The notes under the pieces: model-generated
Databases searched by the model: none
Told to the model about the DNA's origin: nothing
Seen by the model: the letters and a program-made list of their open reading frames with translations, nothing else
Shown: in pieces, positions 1 to 9,049 of the stretch
How positions within the stretch are numbered: position 1 is the stretch's first letter
Layout of the letters: each line of letters starts with the position of its first letter
Program-made: the position numbers and the translations under genes
Assembly (NCBI GenBank): GCA_947178165.1
Contig: CAMWXH010000001.1
Span: 44,266-108,265 of the forward strand
Direction: 5' to 3'
DNA from: an uncultured Porphyromonadaceae bacterium
GTDB lineage: Bacteria; Bacteroidota; Bacteroidia; Bacteroidales; Muribaculaceae
Length of the DNA stretch: 64,000 nucleotides

Positions 1-37
1 ATATTGCTCAATACGCGTTATCCGTGAATAAAAAATT

Positions 38-73
38 TTGCGCGCGTCAGTCTTTTTCGCCTGACGCGCGCAA
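38..73. terminator. Perfect 13-bp stem / 10-nt loop hairpin, probably an intrinsic terminator for a gene ending at the left window edge
   Basis: ttgcgcgcgtcag (38-50) and ctgacgcgcgcaa (61-73) are exact reverse complements. Stop codons occur in two plus-strand frames at 25-31, and T-rich sequence follows the hairpin. Confidence 0.5.
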
Positions 74-226
74 TCTATCCTTTTATGTTTCAGCACACTC
101 CGCCATAATCTCCGGGTGTTTTCGCTTCCGGAAGAATGTGAGAGCGGATATGTGACCTATTTGCTGAATCATTTCAATCCATTTGAATTGCAAAATTACA
201 TATTTTTTTCGCAATACGCAAATTTT

Positions 227-1795
227 TCAATAACTATGCTTTTTTGCTTTCCATCCGTCGATGCGTCTTTTTTCGGATGAATAGTTGATGCCTATCTCTA
301 TCACGTTGCGGCTGTCGATAGCCCAGGGGAGCGCATACTCTTTGCGTTCTATCTGTTCAAGGGCTTCTTCGGGTGTGCCGTCATATTTCAGCTCCATTAT
401 ATATACATAATCCCTTGTCCTCACAAGGATGTCTATACGGCCGTCGGAAGTTCTTACTTCAGCATCCACATTCAGTCCTATAAGGGAGAAGAGGATAAGG
501 AAAGCGTTCTGAACGTTGCGCTCCTCATCAAACTTCATGTCATATCCTATGCCGGCAAACATCGCCTCCAGACGTTTCATAAAGGCTTCCACACGCCCCT
601 CTTCCATCTCTTTGCGAAAATCCACCACAAATACTTTTGATTCGATCTCTTTTACATTGGTATAATATGGTAAAAGATATTCAAAAAATCCTTTCTTTAC
701 CTCTACATTAGGAACACCTAATGTATAGATATCAGTGTCAAGGTCATAATCCTTGATGGTAAGGTAGCCTGTCTGGTAGAAAAGTGAAACCGGTGTGATA
801 TTCTCAATATCAAGTCCTGCCAAAGCATTCTGACTGCATCTTACATTCAGAAGTTGTGTTAAGTCAGTGTCTGTTCGTTTCAGTTGCTCAGCCAGAAGGG
901 TCGGTGTGCCTGACGAAATCCAGTAGTTCCCATATTTTCTTTTGGCAAAGACTTGAAGCAGCGAGAATGGATTGTAAATATCAGGGCATTCTTCCGAGAA
1001 ATGATAGCCGTCATAGTGTCGTTTGAGTTCCAGTTGTTCTTCCTCCGCACTACGGCTGTACCTTTGCGATAGATTCTCTATACCCTCTTTAAAATTGGCG
1101 GTCAATTCCTCTTCTGTAATACCGCATATAGTAGAAAAATCAATGTCGAAGGAGATATCGCTTATATTGTTAAGTCCCGAAAAGACACTGAGTTTTCCGA
1201 AACGGCTCACCCCTGTCAGGAAAACGAGCCTGATATACTCGGCAGAACTCTTGAAATTGGAATAGATGGTTGCCAGTTTATCGCGATACATCTCAAACCG
1301 TTCGCGGTTGTGGATATTATTGACCAGAGGCTTGTCATATTCATCAACCAATATCACGACCCTTTTTCCGGTTGCGTCATACATTCCCTTTATCAGATTG
1401 GAGAACCTGACGGAATGATCCTGCTGAGTAGGCGTGATATCATATTCCTTCTCCTTGATGGAGAGAAAATTTTCTATCAGGATATCTAAGTTATTCTCCT
1501 CCTTGTATTGCTGGTTATTCAAGTCAAGATGCAGCACGGGGTAAGGTTTCCAATCCCAGTCTATTGTATCGATATAGAGGCCCTTGAATAGTTCGCGCTT
1601 CCCCTCGAAGAAGCATTTCAGTGTGGAGAGGAAAAGGCTTTTTCCGAAACGGCGAGGCCGACCCAAGAAATAGTATTGAGACCCATTGACGATTTTTTCA
1701 ATGTAACGGGTCTTATCTACGTAAATAAAGTTGCCTTCCCGAAGGCTTTCAAAAGATTGTTCACCAATCGGATATTTCACCATTCTTTTCTCCAT
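227..1795 (-). CDS. AAA-ATPase-like / PD-(D/E)XK (PDDEXK_9-type) fusion protein, paralog 1
   Basis: ORF 227..1813. The N-terminus has KYPIG..F..LREGNFIYVDKT and GRPRRFGKS, as in the AAA-ATPase_like family. The C-terminus has GRIDILV...YVYIMELK, a nuclease-like motif. I trimmed the start to the ATG at 1795 because the track start is a TTG lying inside the -7 promoter box. Confidence 0.75.
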   Translation of the reverse strand: MEKRMVKYPIGEQSFESLREGNFIYVDKTRYIEKIVNGSQYYFLGRPRRFGKSLFLSTLKCFFEGKRELFKGLYIDTIDWDWKPYPVLHLDLNNQQYKEENNLDILIENFLSIKEKEYDITPTQQDHSVRFSNLIKGMYDATGKRVVILVDEYDKPLVNNIHNRERFEMYRDKLATIYSNFKSSAEYIRLVFLTGVSRFGKLSVFSGLNNISDISFDIDFSTICGITEEELTANFKEGIENLSQRYSRSAEEEQLELKRHYDGYHFSEECPDIYNPFSLLQVFAKRKYGNYWISSGTPTLLAEQLKRTDTDLTQLLNVRCSQNALAGLDIENITPVSLFYQTGYLTIKDYDLDTDIYTLGVPNVEVKKGFFEYLLPYYTNVKEIESKVFVVDFRKEMEEGRVEAFMKRLEAMFAGIGYDMKFDEERNVQNAFLILFSLIGLNVDAEVRTSDGRIDILVRTRDYVYIMELKYDGTPEEALEQIERKEYALPWAIDSRNVIEIGINYSSEKRRIDGWKAKKHSY

Positions 1796-1810
1796 ACTGC
1801 ATCTTTTTTG

Positions 1811-1818
1811 CAAAGATA
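1811..1818 (-). promoter_or_regulatory. Bacteroidota -7 promoter box TAtcTTTG for paralog 1
   Basis: The plus strand reads caaagata, which is TATCTTTG on the minus strand, 16 nt upstream of the ATG at 1795. It lies inside a 43-bp block duplicated at 3447-3489. Confidence 0.6.
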
Positions 1819-1873
1819 ACTGATTTATCTTTAAGATGCAATTCGCGGGAATGAATGAACGGGAACATCACAT

Positions 1874-3445
1874 CTACTTTCTATTCCCTTTTGCTTTCCA
1901 ACCGTCTATGCGTCTTTTTTCGGATGAATAGTTGATACCTATCTCTATCACGTTGCGGCTGTCGATAGCCCAGGGGAGGGCGTATTCCTTGCGTTCTATC
2001 TGTTCAAGAGCCTCTTCGGGTGTGCCGTCATATTTCAGCTCCATTATATAGACATACTCCCTTGTCCTCACAAGGATGTCGATACGGCCATTAGAAGTTC
2101 TTACTTCAGCATCCACATTCAGTCCTATAAGGGAGAAGAGGATAAGGAAAGCGTTCTGAACGTTGCGCTCTTCATCAAACTTCATGTCATACCCTATGCC
2201 GGCAAACATAGACTCCAGACGCTTCATAAAGGCTTCCACACGCCCCTCTTCCATCTCATCAAGGAAATCAAAGACAAATACCCTGACATCGTTGGGGCGC
2301 ATATTGGAATAGTAGGGCAATAGAAATTCAAAGAAGCCTTGTTTCACCTCTATGTTCGGCAAACCTAACCGATAAAGTTGCCTTCGCGGATCATAATCCT
2401 TTATGGTAAGGTAACCGGTCTGGTAGAAAAGGGATTCCGGAGATATGTTGTATATGTCAAGCCCGCGAAGTGCGTTCCTGTCACATCTGATATTAAGCAA
2501 CTTGGTGAGGTCGGTATCGGTGCGTTTAAGTTGTTCTACCAATAATGTAGGCGTACCCGATGAAATCCAATAGTTGTCATAGTATTTATCGGCTAGCACA
2601 TGTAAAATGGAGAATGGATTGTATATATCTGGAGATTTTTCTGAGAAATGGTAACCATCATACCAGCGTTTAAGCATGGCAACCACTTCATCGTAACTAT
2701 TACCCGATTCTTCTCCCAAATCCTCAATTCCTTGTTGAAAATTAGACAGCAGTTCCTCTTCTGTGACTCCACATATAGCGGAATATTGAGGCAGGAAGGA
2801 GATGTCGCTTATGTTGTTCAGACCCGAAAATACACTTAGCTTTCCGAAACGGCTCACCCCTGTCAGGAAAACGAGCCTGATATACTCGGCAGAACTCTTG
2901 AAATTGGAATAGATGGTTGCCAGTTTATCGCGATACATCTCAAACCGTTCGCGGTTGTGGATATTATTGACCAGAGGCTTGTCATATTCATCAACCAATA
3001 TCACGACCCTTTTTCCGGTTGCGTCATACATTCCCTTTATCAGATTGGAGAACCTGACGGAATGATCCTGCTGAGTAGGCGTGATATCATATTCCTTCTC
3101 CTTGATGGAGAGAAAATTTTCTATCAGGATATCTAAGTTATTCTCCTCCTTGTATTGCTGGTTATTCAAGTCAAGATGCAGCACGGGGTAAGGTTTCCAA
3201 TCCCAGTCTATTGTATCGATATAGAGGCCCTTGAATAGTTCGCGCTTCCCCTCGAAGAAGCATTTCAGTGTGGAGAGGAAAAGGCTTTTTCCGAAACGGC
3301 GAGGCCGACCCAAGAAATAGTATTGAGACCCATTGACGATTTTTTCAATGTAACGGGTCTTATCTACGTAAATAAAGTTTCCTTCCCGAAGCATCTCGAA
3401 GGATTGCTGTCCAATCGGATATTTCACTATTCTTTTCTTCTCCAT
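1874..3445 (-). CDS. AAA-ATPase-like / PD-(D/E)XK (PDDEXK_9-type) fusion protein, paralog 2
   Basis: ORF 1874..3463 carries the same motifs as paralog 1. I trimmed the start to the ATG at 3445, for the same reason as in paralog 1. Confidence 0.75.
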   Translation of the reverse strand: MEKKRIVKYPIGQQSFEMLREGNFIYVDKTRYIEKIVNGSQYYFLGRPRRFGKSLFLSTLKCFFEGKRELFKGLYIDTIDWDWKPYPVLHLDLNNQQYKEENNLDILIENFLSIKEKEYDITPTQQDHSVRFSNLIKGMYDATGKRVVILVDEYDKPLVNNIHNRERFEMYRDKLATIYSNFKSSAEYIRLVFLTGVSRFGKLSVFSGLNNISDISFLPQYSAICGVTEEELLSNFQQGIEDLGEESGNSYDEVVAMLKRWYDGYHFSEKSPDIYNPFSILHVLADKYYDNYWISSGTPTLLVEQLKRTDTDLTKLLNIRCDRNALRGLDIYNISPESLFYQTGYLTIKDYDPRRQLYRLGLPNIEVKQGFFEFLLPYYSNMRPNDVRVFVFDFLDEMEEGRVEAFMKRLESMFAGIGYDMKFDEERNVQNAFLILFSLIGLNVDAEVRTSNGRIDILVRTREYVYIMELKYDGTPEEALEQIERKEYALPWAIDSRNVIEIGINYSSEKRRIDGWKAKGNRK

Positions 3446-3460
3446 ACCGCATCTTTTTTG

Positions 3461-3468
3461 CAAAGATA
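3461..3468 (-). promoter_or_regulatory. Bacteroidota -7 promoter box TAtcTTTG for paralog 2
   Basis: caaagata on the plus strand, 16 nt upstream of the ATG at 3445. Confidence 0.6.
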
Positions 3469-3522
3469 ACTGATTTATCTTTAAGATGCAACTAAGGGAG
3501 GTGTGCGGCTATGATAAAGAAA

Positions 3523-3546
3523 GTGTAACCCCCGGAGGGGTTACAC
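3523..3546 (-). terminator. Intrinsic terminator after pyrB, marking the end of the pyr operon
   Basis: gtgtaacccc / ggggttacac form a perfect 10-bp stem with loop cgga. On the minus strand the hairpin sits just after the pyrB stop and is followed by TTTCTTTATC. Confidence 0.75.
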
Positions 3547-3549
3547 TTA

Positions 3550-4638
3550 TTATTTCGCTGGCTTGGATTCGCAATAAACGCAGCGGTAAATGCCACTGCC
3601 GTCGCTGGCGGGTCGGAAGAGACGGTCAACGTTCTCCATATTGGAGATGCAGCGACGGTTGGAACAACGGTGCTGGTTCACGATGGTACCTTCAGGAATC
3701 AGTTTCTGCTTGTCATCCCCTTCGGCTGCCCATTTGAGGAGGGTTAGAATCAGCGCCATCCGCACGAACTTGCCATTCTCCACCTGACGGAAATAGGCGG
3801 CTCTCGGGTCTGAGTCAACCTCTACTGTGATTTCGTTCACGCGGGGGAGCGGATGAAGGATGCGCAGTTCAGGTTTCGCAGTAGCCAGTTTCTCAGGTGT
3901 GAGGATAAAGGCATCCTTCACGCGGTCAAATTCATCTTCATCAAGGAAACGTTCTTTCTGCACGCGGGTCATATAGAGGATGTCGAGTTCCGGCATCACC
4001 TCCTCCATAGTCTTGACTTCGCGGTAAGGCACTCCATATTTCTCGCAGACTTCATATTTCATATAGTCGGGCAAACGGAGTTCATCGGGAGCGATGAGTA
4101 TCACCTCTACCCCGCTGTATCTTGCAAGAGCCTTTATGAGTGAATGCACCGTGCGTCCAAATCGGAGGTCGCCGCAGAATCCAATCTTGATGTTATCGAA
4201 GCGGCCAATCTCACGCTTGATTGTGAGCAGGTCGGTGAGGGTCTGTGTGGGATGGCTGTGAGAGCCGTCGCCGGCGTTTATCACCGGTATTCCGGCATTC
4301 ATTGCCGAAACAAGGGCCGCACCCTCCTCGAAATGACGCATCGCGATTATGTCGGCAAAACAGGAGATAACCTTGGTGGTGTCGGCAACGGTCTCCCCTT
4401 TCGAAGCTGATGTGCTTTGGGCATCGGTGAAACCGAGCACATTGCCTCCAAGCTCCATCATGGCGGCTGTGAAGCTGAGGCGCGTGCGTGTGGAAGGCTC
4501 ATAAAAGAGGGTTGCAAGCTTCTTCCCCTTGCAGGCTTCGCTATATTTCTCCCTGTTGTCGATAATGTCGAGAGCAAGATTGATCACTTCGTCAAGCTCC
4601 TCACGGCTAAGGTCGGTGGGATCTATTATATGTCTCAT
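3550..4638 (-). CDS. pyrB: Aspartate carbamoyltransferase catalytic chain fused to a PyrI-type zinc domain
   Basis: ATCase motifs EPSTRTRLSF, HSHPTQ and LHPLPR are present. The protein is 362 aa, whereas ATCase catalytic chains are typically about 305-310 aa. The extra C-terminus contains CSNRRC...CVYC, a Cx4C...Cx2C pattern like the PyrI zinc domain. Confidence 0.9.
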   Translation of the reverse strand: MRHIIDPTDLSREELDEVINLALDIIDNREKYSEACKGKKLATLFYEPSTRTRLSFTAAMMELGGNVLGFTDAQSTSASKGETVADTTKVISCFADIIAMRHFEEGAALVSAMNAGIPVINAGDGSHSHPTQTLTDLLTIKREIGRFDNIKIGFCGDLRFGRTVHSLIKALARYSGVEVILIAPDELRLPDYMKYEVCEKYGVPYREVKTMEEVMPELDILYMTRVQKERFLDEDEFDRVKDAFILTPEKLATAKPELRILHPLPRVNEITVEVDSDPRAAYFRQVENGKFVRMALILTLLKWAAEGDDKQKLIPEGTIVNQHRCSNRRCISNMENVDRLFRPASDGSGIYRCVYCESKPAK

Positions 4639-4714
4639 TGTTTTTCTGATTTAGAACAGGTCGTTGGAGGATTAGTAAGGGTTCTTAGGCCTTACTCATG
4701 ATTTGTGAAAATTC

Positions 4715-5347
4715 TTACCCGTTTATCCAGGATTCATCTGAAGGATTATTGCGGAATCTCTTAAGCCTTTCGATGTCGCTCTCCTTGATTCTCCCCTCTT
4801 CGGCGGCCACCTCAACGAGAGTGTCGAAGTTGGAGAGAGAGTTATTCTTCACGTTGGCGGCCGCAAGTCGGTCGAGGCCTTTCTGCATGCCGTAAGTGAA
4901 GATGCTCACCACTCCAAGCACATCTGCCCCGGCCTCACGAAGTGCTTCCACCACGTCAATGCAGCTTCCGCCGGTTGAGATCAGGTCTTCAATCACCACA
5001 ACCTTTGTTCCCGGTTCGAGTTTACCTTCGATGCGGTTGTTGCGGCCATGGTCTTTTGCGCTTCCGCGCACATATCCCATCGGCATGTCAAGAATCCATG
5101 CGGCTATGGCTGCGTGCGCAATGCCCGCTGTGCTTGTGCCCATAAGCGCTTCTGCTTCTGGATAAAGCTCTTTCACAGTCTTTGCAATCGCTTCCTCCAC
5201 AATCTTGCGCTGTTTGGGCGCGCTGAGGATTAGGCGGTTGTCACAGTAAATAGGACTTTTGATGCCACTGGCCCAAGTGAAAGGCTCATCGGGACGAAGG
5301 AACACAGCTCCGATTTCAAGCAGAGCTTTTGCTATCTCTTTCTCCAT
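4715..5347 (-). CDS. pyrE: Orotate phosphoribosyltransferase
   Basis: 210 aa with the PRPP-binding motif VVVIEDLISTGGS and overall OPRTase-like sequence. Confidence 0.9.
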   Translation of the reverse strand: MEKEIAKALLEIGAVFLRPDEPFTWASGIKSPIYCDNRLILSAPKQRKIVEEAIAKTVKELYPEAEALMGTSTAGIAHAAIAAWILDMPMGYVRGSAKDHGRNNRIEGKLEPGTKVVVIEDLISTGGSCIDVVEALREAGADVLGVVSIFTYGMQKGLDRLAAANVKNNSLSNFDTLVEVAAEEGRIKESDIERLKRFRNNPSDESWING

Positions 5348-5379
5348 ATATGATTAATTCTTTAAAATCTATTTTACAA

Positions 5380-5490
5380 TTGCAGAGAACTTCTCCAAAA
5401 TTTCATAATCGTAGAAAGCTTCTCCCAAATATCATACTTGCAGAGAACTTCTCCAAAAAGTTATAATCGCGAAGCTGTCTCCGCCACGGC
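5380..5490. repeat. Imperfect tandem repeat of about 58 bp in the pyrF-pyrE spacer
   Basis: ttgcagagaacttctccaaaa occurs exactly at 5380-5400 and again at 5438-5458. The following roughly 25 nt are also similar between the two units. Each unit contains the palindrome GAGAAcTTCTC. Confidence 0.85.
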
Positions 5491-5500
5491 TGTGCCGCGT

Positions 5501-6220
5501 TTACTTAGCTAAAAATCCCTTCACACATTTGCGGTAAGCCTCCACGGGATCTTCAGCCGCAGTGATGGGTCGGCCAACCACGATATAGTCTGAGCCGATT
5601 TCGCGAGCGCGTTCTGGGGTGGTGATCCTCACCTGGTCATCCTTGCCCGAATCGGCGAAACGAATACCGGGAGTTACAGTCATGAAGTCGTTTCCGCACG
5701 CCTCCTTGACGATTCCAGCTTCAAGCGGAGAGCATACCACGCCATCAAGACCGGCTTCCTTTGCATTCTGAGCATATTTGATTATGGTGTCCCCTATTGT
5801 GGCATCAATAAGGAGCTGATTGCGCATCGCTTCCTCAGAAGTGCTCGTGAGCTGTGTCACTGCAATCAACAGAGGGCGTGTGCCATCGGGGCGAGTCAGT
5901 CCTTCGATGGCGGCGCGCATCATCTCTATTGTGCCTGATGCGTGAACGTTGGTCATATCCACGTCGAGTTCCGAGAGCACGCGCATAGCCTTTTTAACGG
6001 TGTTGGGTATGTCGTGAAGCTTCAGGTCGAGAAATATCTTATGTCCACGGCGCTTGATCTCCTTCACGATATCGTTGCCGGCGGCATAATAGAGTTCCAT
6101 GCCGATCTTGACGAAAGGCTTCTCCTCTTTGAATTTATCAAGAAATTCCAGCGTTGCTTCCTTTGATGAGAAGTCGCAGGCTATGATTACATCTTTTGCG
6201 TTCATATTATAGATTTTCAA
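5501..6220 (-). CDS. pyrF: Orotidine 5'-phosphate decarboxylase
   Basis: 239 aa with the motif [12 protein letters not shown] and the C-terminal motif VVGRPI. Confidence 0.9.
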   Translation of the reverse strand: MKIYNMNAKDVIIACDFSSKEATLEFLDKFKEEKPFVKIGMELYYAAGNDIVKEIKRRGHKIFLDLKLHDIPNTVKKAMRVLSELDVDMTNVHASGTIEMMRAAIEGLTRPDGTRPLLIAVTQLTSTSEEAMRNQLLIDATIGDTIIKYAQNAKEAGLDGVVCSPLEAGIVKEACGNDFMTVTPGIRFADSGKDDQVRITTPERAREIGSDYIVVGRPITAAEDPVEAYRKCVKGFLAK

Positions 6221-7091
6221 TTATTCTTTTGCAGGCGTACGGGTCGCGGAGGTTGGCGGCGCCGACTTGAACAGCAGTGGCTCCGGCAAGCATCATCTCC
6301 TTCACATCATCGGCAGTGGAGACACCGCCGCATCCTATTGTGGGGACATCTACAGCGTGGCTCACCTGCCAAACCATCCTTAAAGCCACTGGGAAGATGG
6401 CAGGCCCGGAGAAACCGCCCATCACGTTGGCTATTATCGGCTTCCCGGTCTTGAGGTCGATTCGCATTCCGAGCATAGTGTTGATCAGGCAGAGGCCATC
6501 GGCACCGGCATCAACCGCCGCCTTGGCTATCGCCACTATATCGGTCACGTTGGGAGTGAGCTTTACGTAGAGGGGCTTGTTGATAACCTTCTTCACGGCT
6601 CTTACCACTTCAGCCACGCTTTCAGGCTGAGTTCCGAAACTCATGCCGCCTCCATGGACGTTAGGGCAGCTAACGTTTAGCTCTATAATCTCCACCTGCT
6701 CCTCTTTGTCGATAAGACGGCAGCATTCCACATATTCGTCAATGGCAAATCCGCTTATGTTGGCTATTATCGGCTTATGGAACACGGCTCTCATCTTAGG
6801 CAGCTCCTCACTGATAACTTTCTCTATACCCGGATTCTGCAGACCCACGGAATTTATCATTCCTGCTTCACATTCCGCCACTCGCGGGAGGGGGTTGCCG
6901 AAGCGCGGATTGAGCGTTGTGCCTTTGAATGATATGGATCCGAGAATATTGATATCGTAATATTCGGCCATGCCGTAGCCGAATCCGAAGCATCCGCTGG
7001 CCGGAATCACCGGATTGTCGAGCTTCACTCCACTGAGCGACACACTCCAGTCGCCGCTCTGTTCGCGTTCCCTTAATTCTTTTATTTCCAT
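6207..7091 (-). CDS. pyrD: Dihydroorotate dehydrogenase, class 1B catalytic subunit
   Basis: Contains the NVSCPN active-site Cys region and an FMN-binding GGVS motif. It overlaps pyrF by 14 nt and pyrK by 10 nt. Confidence 0.9.
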   Translation of the reverse strand: MEIKELREREQSGDWSVSLSGVKLDNPVIPASGCFGFGYGMAEYYDINILGSISFKGTTLNPRFGNPLPRVAECEAGMINSVGLQNPGIEKVISEELPKMRAVFHKPIIANISGFAIDEYVECCRLIDKEEQVEIIELNVSCPNVHGGGMSFGTQPESVAEVVRAVKKVINKPLYVKLTPNVTDIVAIAKAAVDAGADGLCLINTMLGMRIDLKTGKPIIANVMGGFSGPAIFPVALRMVWQVSHAVDVPTIGCGGVSTADDVKEMMLAGATAVQVGAANLRDPYACKRIIENL

Positions 7092-7837
7092 ATCAGTTCA
7101 TCTTTTGAGAAAACGGGACCATCCTTGCAGATTCGCTTTGCAGAATCCTTTGTCTCTATGCTGCAGCACATGCAGGCTCCGAAACCACATCCCATCCTTG
7201 ATTCAAGACTGACCTCCCCTGGAAAGTCAAGGCCTGTGCAGACGGCACGTAGCATAGGCATAGGGCCGCAAGCATAAAAATAGTCGGGCCGGAAGGGGAG
7301 AGCATTGATGGCATCAGTCACGAATCCCTTGACTCCATCCGAACCATCTACGGTGCATATTATAGCGTCTAATCCTATCTCCTTGAAATCCTCTTTCATG
7401 GCAACATCTTTGGCAGTGTTGAAACCGAGGATGACGGTCGGGGTTATTCCGCGCGCCAGCAGCTTGCGGGCAAGGTTCAATAGGGGAGCGCAACCTATCC
7501 CTCCGCCCAACAGCACCGGATGCTCGGTATCCATATCCTCAGTGAATCCGTTGCCGAGGCCGGTTAAGGTATTGATTTCTGTGCCGGGTTTCATCTCCGA
7601 CATTGCCTTGGTGCCTGAGCCGACCACATCGTAGAGAAGCATCAGCTCCCCTGAGTTGTAATCGCTCACCGATATGGGACGACGAAGGTATTTTCCGTCA
7701 ATCATCAGATTCACGAACTGTCCGGCACGTGTCAGTTCCGATGTGTCGCCGCTAAGCCTCATGCGCCATGTCTTATGGGTCAGCGGCTCATTGGCCGTGA
7801 CGGTATAAACCGTTTCTATATTGCGATAATTCTTCAT
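7082..7837 (-). CDS. pyrK: Dihydroorotate dehydrogenase electron-transfer subunit
   Basis: Has the RRPISV flavin-binding motif and the C-terminal CGFGACMCC 2Fe-2S cysteine cluster. Confidence 0.85.
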   Translation of the reverse strand: MKNYRNIETVYTVTANEPLTHKTWRMRLSGDTSELTRAGQFVNLMIDGKYLRRPISVSDYNSGELMLLYDVVGSGTKAMSEMKPGTEINTLTGLGNGFTEDMDTEHPVLLGGGIGCAPLLNLARKLLARGITPTVILGFNTAKDVAMKEDFKEIGLDAIICTVDGSDGVKGFVTDAINALPFRPDYFYACGPMPMLRAVCTGLDFPGEVSLESRMGCGFGACMCCSIETKDSAKRICKDGPVFSKDELIWK

Positions 7838-7846
7838 TTCCTATTT

Positions 7847-8938
7847 TCAGATCTCTGTTTTGAGAATTTTACCGAAAAGTTCCACCCCCTCGAACGGAGT
7901 GGCTTTCCCCATGGTCTTGAATGTGGCCGGATCTACAGTGAAGCTTTCAGAGAAATCAACGGTCACCTTTCCGGCATCTCCTTCAATTCCGAATATGCGC
8001 CTGGGATTCATGGTCATTATCTCCACGAGTTTATCGAGCGATATGATCCCGGGCTTTACGAGGGTGGTATAAACTGCCGCAAGAGCTGTCTCCAGACCAA
8101 CCACTCCCATTGCACTTCTTTCAAGTCCACGGCTTTTCTCCTCGACGGAATGGGGGGCGTGGTCAGTAGCTATGCATTCGATTGTGCCATCAACAATCCC
8201 TTCAATCAGTGCATCGCGGTCGCGTGCCGACCGGATAGGGGGATTCATCTTGAAACGGCCATCTTCCTGCAAGTCCTCATCGCAGAAAGCAAGGTAGTGA
8301 GGGCCTGTTTCGCAGGTGACCTCTATCCCGGCTTTGCGGGCATCGCGTATTAGAGCCACGCTTTCGGCAGTGGAAATATGGCAGATATGCAGCCTGCATC
8401 CCGTCTCGGAGGCCAGTCGGATGTTGCGTTCAATCTCGCGCCATTCACTTTCTGAGCATATTCCGCGGTGGCCGTGGCGACGTGCATATTCACCATCGTG
8501 GATGTATCCGCCACGCAAAAGGTCGTTGACTTCGCAATGCGCAGCAAGAATCTTTCCTGTAGGAGCAATGCCTTTCATTGCCCGGCGCATCACATCCTCA
8601 TCCTGCACTCCGCTTCCGTCGTCGGAGAAGCCGGCAACGTATGGAGCAAGGGCTTCGTAATCCACAAGCTCGTTGCCCATCCTTTTCTTGGTGATTGTGG
8701 CATAGGGAATCACCTTTATCGCTGCATCACGCTTTATGATTTCCAGCTGAGGGAGGAGGTTTTCAAGGGAATCCGGAGCGGGATTGAGGTTAGGCATCGT
8801 GCACACGGCGGTGAATCCGCCGGCAAGCGCGGCCTCTGAGCCTGTCCTGATAGTTTCCTTATATGAAAAACCGGGCTCACGGAAGTGCACATGCACATCC
8901 GCCAAGCCCGGAAGCTCTTTTATCTTATTTTCTTCCAT
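7847..8938 (-). CDS. pyrC: Dihydroorotase
   Basis: Carries the HVHFREPG (HxH) and DHAPH metal-ligand motifs. I trimmed the start from 8983 to the ATG at 8938 (MEENK) because a -7 box sits at 8959-8966, inside the longer ORF. Confidence 0.9.
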   Translation of the reverse strand: MEENKIKELPGLADVHVHFREPGFSYKETIRTGSEAALAGGFTAVCTMPNLNPAPDSLENLLPQLEIIKRDAAIKVIPYATITKKRMGNELVDYEALAPYVAGFSDDGSGVQDEDVMRRAMKGIAPTGKILAAHCEVNDLLRGGYIHDGEYARRHGHRGICSESEWREIERNIRLASETGCRLHICHISTAESVALIRDARKAGIEVTCETGPHYLAFCDEDLQEDGRFKMNPPIRSARDRDALIEGIVDGTIECIATDHAPHSVEEKSRGLERSAMGVVGLETALAAVYTTLVKPGIISLDKLVEIMTMNPRRIFGIEGDAGKVTVDFSESFTVDPATFKTMGKATPFEGVELFGKILKTEI

Positions 8939-8958
8939 AATCGAAATGGCGATTTTTG

Positions 8959-8966
8959 CAAAGATA
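8959..8966 (-). promoter_or_regulatory. -7 promoter box TAtcTTTG for the pyrC-K-D-F(-E-B) operon
   Basis: caaagata on the plus strand, 20 nt upstream of the ATG at 8938. Confidence 0.6.
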
Positions 8967-9049
8967 CAAAATTTAACCGACATTCCGTATAATTTTGCCC
9001 TACATTCCGATATTTTAATGATGTTGCCGATAAAAAATGGCCGGATTCT

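Larger units (their letters stand above)
227..3492 (-). repeat. Tandem gene duplication with a period of about 1,647 bp, including the promoter
   Basis: Positions 1194-1732 are identical by eye to 2841-3379. The promoter blocks 1797-1839 and 3447-3489 are also identical. The 3' thirds are roughly 93-95 percent identical, and the middle sections are strongly diverged. Confidence 0.9.

Noticed and set aside
1796-1813. ORF-track N-terminal extensions (also at 3446-3463, 8939-8983, 13659-13709, 34884-34898, 42902-42967 and 56852-56950)
   Set aside because: The extensions start at TTG/GTG or at upstream ATG codons, and they overlap or abut TAnnTTTG -7 boxes or precede clear signal peptides. I used downstream ATGs instead.
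4674-4696. A 7-bp hairpin (agtaagg / ccttact) between pyrE and pyrB as a terminator
   Set aside because: The stem is short and no T-run follows on the transcribed (minus) strand. It is probably just an intercistronic structure.
5380-5458. Possible PyrR-type attenuator (gcagagaac loosely resembles the PyrR binding-loop motif)
   Set aside because: The resemblance is on the plus strand while the operon is transcribed from the minus strand. No pyrR gene is present and no terminator/antiterminator alternative is evident.
7775-8353. A 192-aa plus-strand ORF, plus many 60-140-aa ORFs antisense to the pyr, car, TonB and GH32 genes
   Set aside because: All are shadow ORFs opposite well-supported genes, and none has a promoter box or recognisable domain.
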